Made by a program: the position numbers and the translations under genes. A DNA stretch of 63,885 bases, counting the filler, from Malassezia furfur (lineage: Eukaryota), in the NCBI GenBank assembly GCA_052055015.1. It is 3 parts of 3 records of this genome, joined end to end, with 100 filler letters (N's around TTAATTAATTAA, not from the genome) between each part and the next. Parts side by side here need not be neighbours in the genome. Positions count along the whole stretch, not along the records: positions 44,994 to 63,885 come from JBQJIT010000198.1; 2 more parts are not named here. One strand, 5' to 3'. Positions 55,773 through 63,885 of the stretch are shown here, piece by piece. The notes beneath the pieces are model-generated. The model saw only the letters and a list, made by a program, of their open reading frames with translations, was not told where the DNA came from and did not search any database. Each line of letters opens with the position of its first letter. Within the stretch, counting starts at the first letter, position 1.

Positions 55773-57244
55773 CTACGTCTCTTTCCCTTGTGCCTGCTGT
55801 GCATAGTACCACGCATGATCGGTGGGATGCAGCGTCAGCTCACTATCCAGCCACTTGTTTAGCGCAGGCTCTTGGGCAGGAGCGACGGGGTCTTGCTTGG
55901 GCTTGGGGGTGTTACGCACCGACAGGTAGTCCCCCTTGGAGCCGTCGTTTGTGGAAAACTCGAGTTGGACGCTGGGCACATTGCTCAGCTCAAGCAACTG
56001 GAGGAACTTGTCCCCAAGCGCATTGACGGCATCCACTGGTTCCTTGTTGCGCAACCACAGCGCGATCCGATCGCCCTTGGCACGCAGGGAGCACACCGCA
56101 CCGGTCACCTGGTCGTGCTCGTCAAAGTGCTCGCCAATCAGTCCAAATACGAGCCACATCCAACTGCGGTCCAAAAGCGCTTCGTGCGCCGCACGTCCGC
56201 CCGCGGTGTGCGCCTGTTCACGAAGCGTCAGAATCCAGCGCCCGCCGTTTGCATTGGCAGGGTCTTCCCACATAGGTTTGATGCCGGCTTTGAATAAATG
56301 GTAGTTGGTATTGCGTCCCAGTTGGCTCGGCCGGTGCAGCGTTGCAAAGGTATCAAAGAAGGACTCGAGCGTTGTAAAGTGGCCAATGCACTTGAGCTTT
56401 GACTCGTATTGGTCGCTGCTGCTGGGTTTCTGGTGCGATTGCCCATCGTAGTAGAGCGTCCTGCGTGAGTAAAAACCACGTACCATGCTTGCTGCAGTGG
56501 ATGCTTCTGGCCCGACTTGGCCGCGAGCGCAGCTTCTTGGCCCGAACCTGGGGGGTAGCGCGACGCATGCGAGGTGGCGTCTTCGGAAGTCGTCGGGCCA
56601 GACGGCTTGACATTGTCTTGCTTGTCGGCCGCTGCTGGCGCCGTACCAGCAGAAGGCGTTGCGGCGGCGGGCGCCTCGTGTGTCTTGTCTTGACGAGCTT
56701 CTTCCGGTTCCGGCTGGGCCTGGTCGTCGGTTGAGGTGGCAATGTCCGCCTGGGATCCGCTGTCAGGTGGGGCAGTACGAGCTATGCTCTCCGCCGCCTC
56801 GGCAGGCGCCGTCTCCACACGGCTTGCTTCCTCCGACAGCACGCCTGCGTGCTGTTTCGAAGGCGACGGCGGCCCCTCCTTCGTCGGACTGCTGCCCTTC
56901 TTGCTCCATTTCGACGAGGTCACATCGACGCCGCGCTTGTTCAGCCGCGCGCGGATCTCGTTCAAGCTCGGAATCACGCTGCTCTTGGCCCATGCAGCGG
57001 GCGCATTTGCTGGATCGGCCGCCTTACCCAGGCGCCCTGCAAGGCCCAAGCGTCGCAGGCTTGGTGTGGGCTCGCTCGTTGCTTCGCCTTCCTCCTTCTC
57101 GACATCTTGCTTGGTTTCCTCGGCGCCTGGTCGATCTTTGTGGTATCGCGCCGCGAGCTGCTCAAGCGACGGCGCACTGCGCTTTACAGGGCTCCCACCC
57201 GCACTACTTGTCGTGTCGCCTGGCGTAGGCGGATCTGTGCTCAT
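55773..57244 (-). CDS. eIF4E-family cap-binding protein with a long N-terminal extension (non-canonical paralog)
   Basis: HPLQQAW|TLYYD (23-nt intron 56461-56483), YHLFKAGIKPMWEDPANANGGRW, GAVCSLRAKGDRIALW. Confidence 0.88.
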
Positions 57245-57386
57245 CGTTCAGCACGGTGCGGCTTGGTCGTGGGCGTGCTCTGATTTTTGGCTTGGGTCAG
57301 CGTGTTACTTCCGCATTCGAACACTTAAAGAGGCGCAGCCACGTGGCTCCGCAAGGAGGCGCGTCGCGGCGGTGCATTTCTCCACA

Positions 57387-59147
57387 CTACGGATGGCTCG
57401 GTGGGGTAGGTAGCGAATCGAGCGGGAGCTCGGGACGTTTCCGGCGTAGCCAGCGCGCTTCGGCCGGCTCCGCTGGGGGGGACGAAGCCGTTTTGCGCTG
57501 GGGGGGCATCTCGCACAGCTCGCCCACCGGTACGGAGCCGGTCCGCATACGCTCCGGCGGCGGCACCGACGATTCCGACGCGAGCAGCGGGCCCAAGGCC
57601 ACCGTATCGGCTCCCTCTGTTTTGACTTCGCTAGCGTGCACATCCGTGCGTGCACGCTTCGCCGGTTCGGCACTGGCTGGGGGCGCGCGACGCCGCCGCG
57701 AGCGCGGCGCATTCAGATCTATCCCCGCCTCGTTGGCATCGGCTGCGAGCTCCGCAAGCTCTTGCGAGAGGGCATCAGCCGCGCTCACCGGCGGTCCTTC
57801 GGCGACAGCAGCATTCGTTGGGGCCATGGGTGCCGCGACAGGGGGCGCAGCCGCGTCGCCCGCATAGTAGAGACCGTCGCGCTTTCGGCGCTCGTCCCAT
57901 TTCGCCCACTGCTTTTGCCGCTGCTCGGCCTCTTCGCGCTCGCGCTCAAGATGCATATCCCATTCAGCCGCTTTGCGTCGGATCTCGGCGCTGGTCTGTG
58001 CCGACTGACCTTGGAAGAGCTCCAGCTGCGCCGAGAGTACCGCGATCTGATCCTCGTACTGCCGCTGCTGCGCATCCACAAACTGTTGCTGCAGCGCAAG
58101 GCCGTCCGTGAGCTGTTTCTTCAACAAGGCAATTTCCTTCTTGGCATTGCTCAGATCGGTAGAAAGATTCGACGCAGAAGACGAAGCCTCTTGGTACATG
58201 GTGCGCACAAATTCGACTTCCTCTTGCAGCTGGTCTTTACGCCGCGAAAGTGTATGGATCAGCTCTTGGGCCTCTTGCGTCACCCCTTCCACCGTGCTGC
58301 TCTGTGGGGTAAACGCCGTCGAGGAGCCGACGGGTCGGCGTGGGCGTCGTCCCGTTGGCGTGGGCGCCTCGGGCGTGGGCGTCTCCTTGGCTCGTGACGG
58401 CGTCGATTGGAAGGTCGCACGGATGGCGGCGACGGCAGAAGTCAGAATGCCCTCCTTTCGTGGCGTTCTTTCAGTGTCGGACGAAGTGGCTGTCGGTATC
58501 GGTGGTATCGTGGAGGGATCTTGCTGAGGAGCCGCGGACGCCTTTGGACTATTCTCAGTAGGGATAGTGAGTGTGGATGGGCTGCCAGTAGTTGGTGCAG
58601 GCGCCGATGCGTTCTCTTCCCCGGGCACCGGTGTTGTGGGGCTGCGGGGCGCATCGGCTGCGACAGGGTCCTCTGCATATGTCGTATCAGGTACCTCATT
58701 TCCAGTATCATTTGCTGGAAGATGCACAGCCTCGGATGCATCGGTTGGTGCAAGCTCCGGCACACGTTCGGCGGACACATCAGCGCTTGCCTCGGCGTCC
58801 TCTGCCGCGTCGTAGTGGTCCGTGTCGACCGCCGATGCGACCGGCTCACCGTGTGTCTCGTCATGTGCGCTGTCATCATTTGTTAGCTTCGTGGTATGGT
58901 ATACACTGGGCTCGCGGCTCTTGGACCGCCGCTGGCGAAACGAGGCGCGCTCGGTCCGTAGTGCACGCCAAGTGTCCACGAGCTGTTTTGGCACGCTCTC
59001 CTTCGGCATCCATGCCGGCTCAGGGATAGGTTGACCTGCATTATTATCTGCGCCATCCCCCGGTCTCGGCGCAAAGGACACCTTGTAAAAGCCCTTTTTG
59101 GACCCGAGAATGCGCTGCGGCCGCAGGGCACTCGGCGGCTCGGCCAT
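57387..59147 (-). CDS. Hypothetical protein: chromo-like N-terminus, disordered middle, coiled coil
   Basis: RILGSKKGFYKVSF...PAWMPKESVPKQLVDTWR resembles a chromodomain; coiled coil EVEFVRTMYQEASSSA. Confidence 0.6.
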   Translation of the reverse strand: MAEPPSALRPQRILGSKKGFYKVSFAPRPGDGADNNAGQPIPEPAWMPKESVPKQLVDTWRALRTERASFRQRRSKSREPSVYHTTKLTNDDSAHDETHGEPVASAVDTDHYDAAEDAEASADVSAERVPELAPTDASEAVHLPANDTGNEVPDTTYAEDPVAADAPRSPTTPVPGEENASAPAPTTGSPSTLTIPTENSPKASAAPQQDPSTIPPIPTATSSDTERTPRKEGILTSAVAAIRATFQSTPSRAKETPTPEAPTPTGRRPRRPVGSSTAFTPQSSTVEGVTQEAQELIHTLSRRKDQLQEEVEFVRTMYQEASSSASNLSTDLSNAKKEIALLKKQLTDGLALQQQFVDAQQRQYEDQIAVLSAQLELFQGQSAQTSAEIRRKAAEWDMHLEREREEAEQRQKQWAKWDERRKRDGLYYAGDAAAPPVAAPMAPTNAAVAEGPPVSAADALSQELAELAADANEAGIDLNAPRSRRRRAPPASAEPAKRARTDVHASEVKTEGADTVALGPLLASESSVPPPERMRTGSVPVGELCEMPPQRKTASSPPAEPAEARWLRRKRPELPLDSLPTPPSHP

Positions 59148-59197
59148 GGCAGTGGTGGAGGTCGACCTTGGCCACGTGCAGCCGGGCGCACTGACCG

Positions 59198-60304
59198 ATG
59201 CACTCCCACCACTCGCACTCGGGTGAGTTTTGTCGGCATGCCAAGTCCACCTTAGACGAGGTGACGGAGCGCGCTGCGACGCTTGGGTTTACCCATTTCC
59301 ATCTTTCTGAGCATATACCCCGCGAGTTTCCCGAGCAGTTGTACCCGGAAGAAGAGGAACTCGGTCTGACACCTGCGCAGCTCGAAGCGACTTTCCGCGC
59401 GTACCTGGCCAAGGCACGCGCGTTGCAAGCGCAATATGCACAGAAAAGCCCGCCAATGCACATTCTGGTCGGCTGCGAAACAGAAAACATTACGTCGCCC
59501 CGCAGTCTTGACTTTTTGTGCAAGGTGGTAAGCTCTGACGGCACATCGTCCGGGCAGCTTCCTCCGCCGTGTGTGGGCCTTGGCGTGGTCGACTATATGG
59601 TGGGCTCAGTGCACCATGCGCACGGTATTCCCATCGATTTTGACGCCGACACCTTCCACAAAGCCGTCTCTTATGGAGCGACACAGAACGTCGCAGGCCT
59701 TGCAGCACTGCTGCATGCCTACTTGGATGCACAGTTCGAAGTGTTGGACCGTCTGCGTCCAGAGGTCGTGGGTCATTTTGATCTGTATCGCCTGTTTGCG
59801 CCGGATGCGCCCTGGGTGTCGGGTGATGCGGGCGATGCGCTACGTGCCAAGCTGGTACGTAACATTCGCTTTGCGGCTAGCTATGGCGCATTGTTTGAGG
59901 CGAATTCGTCCGCCTTCCGCAAAGGCTGGGACGGCGAGACGTATCCCGGCCGGGACATCCTGCGGATGATCCGCTCGGTGCACGGGCGTATTGCCCTGTC
60001 GGATGACTCGCATGGCGTGCAGCAGGTTGCCCTCAACTACCACCGCCTCCGCGACTACCTGGCACACGAAGGCGTGGATGAAATTTGGTACTTGGAGCGT
60101 GACTCTGCGGCGCATCCGGCTGATCCTGCCGAGCTATGGGATGCATTTCGTCAGAGCGAGGCTGTGCGCCAGAAGAACGCGTCGCAGGACGACGTCGGGG
60201 CGCATGCCCCTCGCACGTTTCCGCGCGGAACGCGCGCGCACGTCCTGCGCGACTGGCGCGCTGCGCCGTTCTGGGGCGCGGCAGGGTCGACCCTCCACGC
60301 GTGA
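59198..60304 (+). CDS. HIS2: Histidinol-phosphatase (PHP family)
   Basis: MHSHHSHSGEFCRHA, LSEHIPR, GCETE, VGSVHH..IPIDF, VVGHFDL, LSDDSHG. Confidence 0.93.
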   Translation: MHSHHSHSGEFCRHAKSTLDEVTERAATLGFTHFHLSEHIPREFPEQLYPEEEELGLTPAQLEATFRAYLAKARALQAQYAQKSPPMHILVGCETENITSPRSLDFLCKVVSSDGTSSGQLPPPCVGLGVVDYMVGSVHHAHGIPIDFDADTFHKAVSYGATQNVAGLAALLHAYLDAQFEVLDRLRPEVVGHFDLYRLFAPDAPWVSGDAGDALRAKLVRNIRFAASYGALFEANSSAFRKGWDGETYPGRDILRMIRSVHGRIALSDDSHGVQQVALNYHRLRDYLAHEGVDEIWYLERDSAAHPADPAELWDAFRQSEAVRQKNASQDDVGAHAPRTFPRGTRAHVLRDWRAAPFWGAAGSTLHA

Positions 60305-60524
60305 TCCCCGCATTGTTGCCTGGCCCCAATGTCCACGTGATGTCGACAAAAGCCGTGGCCCCCATTGGTGTCGCCGTATGTTGCGCGCCTCGGCTGCATA
60401 GGTATAGAGCCAATGAGTGTACGCGTGTTTGCAATGCCCCTGTGTTCCGCTTTAACCCGAGGCGCCGGCCTGTACATCTTCTGGCCGAGGCCAACTCTTT
60501 CGTCTCAATCCTTATCCCTATACC

Positions 60525-61435
60525 ATGATCGTTCCTAGCACGTTCCGCCTTGCTGCGCGGGCGGGTGCGCCGAGCGTCGCTTCCCGCCTCGCGGCGCCGT
60601 TCTCGACCTCGGCCGTTGCCTCGCTTGCGACGCCCGCCACGGAGCGCCCTGCCAAGATGAAGAAGTTCAAGATCTACCGCTGGGTATGTTTGACGCCACG
60701 CGTGCGATGCTAACACTGCAGAACCCCGACCACCCCACGGAGAAGCCCAAGATGCAGACATACGAGATTGATCTGAACAAGACGGGCCCCATGGTGCTCG
60801 ACGCGTTGATCAAGATCAAGAACGAGGTCGACCCGACGCTCTCGTTCCGCCGCTCGTGCCGTGAGGGCATCTGCGGCAGCTGCGCGATGAACATTGACGG
60901 TGTCAACACGCTTGCGTGCCTGTGCCGCATTGACCGCGACAAGACGAACTCGAACATTTACCCCCTGCCGCACATGCACGTCGTCAAGGACCTTGTGCCG
61001 GACCTGACGCAATTCTACAAGCAATACCGCAGCATCCAGCCATACCTGCAGCCCGCCGGCCCGCCGCCCGAGGGTCGCGAGTACCGCCAGAGCCCCGAGG
61101 AGCGCCGTCGCCTGGACGGTCTGTACGAGTGCATTCTGTGCGCCTGCTGCTCGACTTCGTGCCCGTCGTACTGGTGGAACCAGGACGAGTACCTTGGCCC
61201 GGCCGTGCTCATGCAGGCCTACCGCTGGATGGCCGACTCGCGTGACGCTGCGGGTGAGGAGCGCCGCCAGAAGCTCGAAAACACCTTCTCGCTGTACCGC
61301 TGCCACACCATCTTCAACTGCACGCGGACATGCCCCAAGGGTCTGAACCCCGCCAAGGCGATTGCGCAGATCAAGAAGGATATGGCCATGGGCCCGCCCG
61401 CCTCGGCCGCGGAGCGCCCGCTGCAGGCGCCGTAA
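60525..61435 (+). CDS. SDH2: Succinate dehydrogenase iron-sulfur subunit
   Basis: [62 protein letters not shown]. Confidence 0.97.
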
Positions 61436-61465
61436 CAGCAAACGTATAGGGTACAAGCTTATGTG

Positions 61466-62830
61466 CTAGGAACGGTCCGCCACCACCCCCCGGTAGCGCG
61501 GGAAACGCGGCACGCCTTGCGTGCCCAAGCTGCCGTACTGGAAGCTGATCAGTGTGCCGATCGCAGGGGGGTCACGGCGCAGCGCGTCGGTGAGGCCGCT
61601 GCCGACCTTGAAGCGGCTCGGCGGGTCGGTGAGTGTCTCGCAGAGGAGCGAGCCGACGAGGCCCGCACACTGGTTCTGCCCCTCTTCGTAGCCAAGCACA
61701 CGCGCCTCGGCGTCGTGTGTCGGCTTGAGCTTGTACAGCACCGTGCTGCGCCGGAATTCGTACGGCGATGCAGGGCGGCGGAGCATGACACTGGCGTGAG
61801 GTGTCGACGTACCCTTCGCCTCCGCACGCAAGCACATGCTGCAGGACGGCATCGAGGTGCGCCTGGCCGGTGCACTGCACCTGCTCGACAAAATACACAC
61901 CAGCCGGCTGGGTAAGTAGCGCAAGCGACGTACGCTCGGTGGGGTCTGCATCTCGTCGCTCGACAAGCTGAGGAAGCGCGCACGCAAACGGTCCCAGCGC
62001 GCCTCGACCGGCTCGTCGGGCCAACCGGGCGTATCAAAGACCATGTACTGGACGTGCTTCCAGTCGTCTTGCCGAGTCGAGCGGCACACTCCCGACGTGT
62101 ACTCAAACTGGCCGCGCCCAATCCACAGCTCGCCATCGAGCGGCAGGTCGGGCGGCAACTGCGCCAGGAACCACGCGGGCGCATTCCATACCTTGCCGCG
62201 GCGCGACCATAGCTGCCGGCCATCCCAGAACGCGCGCACACCATCGAGTTTCTCGCTGATCCACAGGTGTGTAGGGTCGTAAGTATCGCACTTGGCCTTG
62301 GTTTGCGTCGGCCACACGCTGGCCAGCAGCAGGTGGACGCGGTGATCTTGGCGTCCCACGACGCGCCGCGTCCCATCGACCTCGATTGCGATCGCATCCG
62401 ACGTATCAACCAGCAGCGGCGCGCCTATGCCCGTCGACTTGCTCGGCGTGCTTGGCGCCGAGGTCCGCCGGCGCTTGTGGGGGGTTGCGAGGCTCTCCGG
62501 CGAGCTAAACAGGTCGAGCCGCTGGCGTGCCTGCTGCGCCGAGCCCGTACGTTTACTGGGGGTATTCGGCGCCCATTCGAGGCGCATGCGCTCCTCCTCG
62601 TACGCTTCGCCAAGCGCCTCGGCGAGATGCGCACACGACCGTTGACGCACGTCACGCTCGGCGTGGAAGCGCCAGGCGGGGCACGAACATGCGTAGTGGT
62701 CCGAGAATCGCTGGATTGTGGCGCCGTCCACGTCGCGTTTTTCGCCGAGCGCGAGTGTTTGCGCAGGATAGATGGTCGCTTCCTCGCCCGGGGGGCCCGT
62801 GCAGATCGCGCCGGTATCCGGGTGAATCAT
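61466..62830 (-). CDS. Minimal ATP-dependent DNA ligase (LigE/Chlorella virus/kDNA-ligase-like) with an N-terminal SWIM-type zinc finger
   Basis: YACSCPAWR..SCAHL; WISEKLDGVRAFWDG, LDGELW, YMVFD, GGEG|VMLR, LYKLK, FKVGSG, PRFP. Introns 61908-61933 (26 nt) and 61791-61812 (22 nt) restore motif IV. Confidence 0.88.
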   Translation of the reverse strand: MIHPDTGAICTGPPGEEATIYPAQTLALGEKRDVDGATIQRFSDHYACSCPAWRFHAERDVRQRSCAHLAEALGEAYEEERMRLEWAPNTPSKRTGSAQQARQRLDLFSSPESLATPHKRRRTSAPSTPSKSTGIGAPLLVDTSDAIAIEVDGTRRVVGRQDHRVHLLLASVWPTQTKAKCDTYDPTHLWISEKLDGVRAFWDGRQLWSRRGKVWNAPAWFLAQLPPDLPLDGELWIGRGQFEYTSGVCRSTRQDDWKHVQYMVFDTPGWPDEPVEARWDRLRARFLSLSSDEMQTPPSVRRLRYLPSRLVCILSSRCSAPARRTSMPSCSMCLRAEAKGTSTPHASVMLRRPASPYEFRRSTVLYKLKPTHDAEARVLGYEEGQNQCAGLVGSLLCETLTDPPSRFKVGSGLTDALRRDPPAIGTLISFQYGSLGTQGVPRFPRYRGVVADRS

Positions 62831-62866
62831 GCCATGACGTGCGTGCGCAACCTCCACACTACGAAC

Positions 62867-63885
62867 ATGCTTCTTCGCCCCCGCGTCGCGGCTGCGGCCC
62901 CCCGCGTGCTGGGTGCGCGGGCGGTGGCTGGCCGGGTGCCTGCGTGCCGCCGTACCCAGCATACCACCGCTGGCGCCGTGCAAAGCTGGCTGGACCCGAT
63001 CGCGCGCTACCTCGTGTCGGTCCCCGAGACGATCGGCCTGCTTGGTGCGGTGCCGTACCCGTACACGACCTCGGTCGTGCTCATGACGCTGATGCTGCGT
63101 GCCGGTGTCTCTGTGCCGATCGCGTTATGGCAACGCACACGTTCCGAGCGCCTGAGCAACATTGTTGGGCCCGAGTACGCTGTGTGGAAGAAGCAGATCC
63201 CCGCCGCGATCCTGAGCCGCGCAGGCGTCCGCGAAAAGCCGCCGAGCGAGGTGCAGCAGGTGCAGCTGCACCGTGAGATCCAAACGGCATTAAAGGAAAA
63301 GTGGCAGCACCTCGTGCGCCTCCACGACTGCTCACCGTGGCGCACGACGGGGGTGTCGCTGCTGGTGCACATTCCCCTGTTCGTGCTGGTGACGGCACTG
63401 TTGCGCCAGGCGGCCATACTGCCCGATTCGCCGCTCATCCAGGAACTGATCCCGTGGTGGTCGCCGGATCCCGCGTTTGCTGCCCAGGTTGCCACAACCA
63501 AGCAACTGCTCGTCGAAAAGGGCCTCGACCCTGCTTCGATCGAGCGCCTCACCAAGATCGGCGGCGGTCCGACGCTCGTCGACCGGGACTCGACGCAGAT
63601 CATGCCGATCGTTGTCGGCTCGCTCAACATGCTCAACGTCGAGTTGTCACAGTGGGTGCGTCAGCGCCGCGCCGCGCGTGAGCAACAGCTAGGCCTCGGC
63701 AGCGGGCCCAATGTGCCCACCGACACAAACGGCGCACCGCTGCCGTCGCTGCGCGAGCGCGTGCTGGGCAACGTGCTGCGTTCTGGTGCAGTTGTCTCGA
63801 TCCCGATTGCCTGCTCGGTGCCGTCGGTGTTGCTCGTGTACTGGACGACCTCGGCGCTGGTCACGATGGTGCAGAATAGCTACTT
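62867..63885 (+). CDS. COX18: Cox18/Oxa1-family membrane insertase, 3'-truncated by the window edge
   Basis: Open frame absent from the ORF track: presequence MLLRPRVAAAA, TLMLRAGVSVPIALWQR, VHIPLFV, VPSVLLVYWTTSALVTMVQN. Confidence 0.82.
   Translation, partial: MLLRPRVAAAAPRVLGARAVAGRVPACRRTQHTTAGAVQSWLDPIARYLVSVPETIGLLGAVPYPYTTSVVLMTLMLRAGVSVPIALWQRTRSERLSNIVGPEYAVWKKQIPAAILSRAGVREKPPSEVQQVQLHREIQTALKEKWQHLVRLHDCSPWRTTGVSLLVHIPLFVLVTALLRQAAILPDSPLIQELIPWWSPDPAFAAQVATTKQLLVEKGLDPASIERLTKIGGGPTLVDRDSTQIMPIVVGSLNMLNVELSQWVRQRRAAREQQLGLGSGPNVPTDTNGAPLPSLRERVLGNVLRSGAVVSIPIACSVPSVLLVYWTTSALVTMVQNSY

Noticed and set aside
61791..61933. Apparent frameshifts or pseudogenes in the ligase, SET, GNAT, HUB1 and NAD-carrier genes
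   Set aside because: Every break is resolved by a canonical short GT-AG intron with a branch-point motif that restores conserved residues.
9842..62830. EXO5, PMS1, HUS1 and the ligase as a DNA-repair cluster; complex I/II genes as a respiratory cluster
   Set aside because: They are scattered among unrelated genes and lie on different contigs.
1..63885. CRISPR arrays, prokaryotic defence systems, tRNA/rRNA genes, transposons
   Set aside because: No repeat-spacer arrays, cloverleaf-like sequences, terminal repeats or transposase/RT motifs were seen; the DNA is intron-containing fungal sequence.

Overview
Eukaryotic (fungal, basidiomycete yeast) DNA: a very gene-dense, GC-rich segment whose gene content and architecture fit Malassezia (probably a high-GC species such as the M. 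furfur group; the species is an inference). About 50 protein-coding genes can be reconstructed by hand. Most are housekeeping genes (KAP123, EXO5, RVS167, GCD2, DYN2, PMS1, VMA10, PTA1, ureF, SVF1, HUS1, APC5, YTH1, IML1, AUR1, IMP1, HIS2, SDH2, COX18 and others). Many are split by very short GT-AG introns (mostly 21-27 nt), so the supplied ORF track fragments or mis-starts them. Two 100-bp N-TTAATTAATTAA-N spacers are artificial contig joins. I saw no rRNA, tRNA, CRISPR array or transposon. The most unusual observations are: (1) an Edc3-like decapping activator (LSm+FDF) whose C-terminus looks like a Csm1/Pcs1 monopolin RWD domain instead of YjeF_N; (2) a four-copy tandem array of diverged YjcF/ElaA-type GNAT acetyltransferases in a lower-GC patch; (3) 21-24-nt introns, several in-frame and stop-free; (4) four convergent gene pairs with overlapping stop codons; (5) a SWIM-finger minimal ATP-dependent DNA ligase; (6) a non-canonical eIF4E; (7) recurring CACGTG boxes in tiny intergenic promoters. 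All family calls come from motif recognition by eye; no database search was run.
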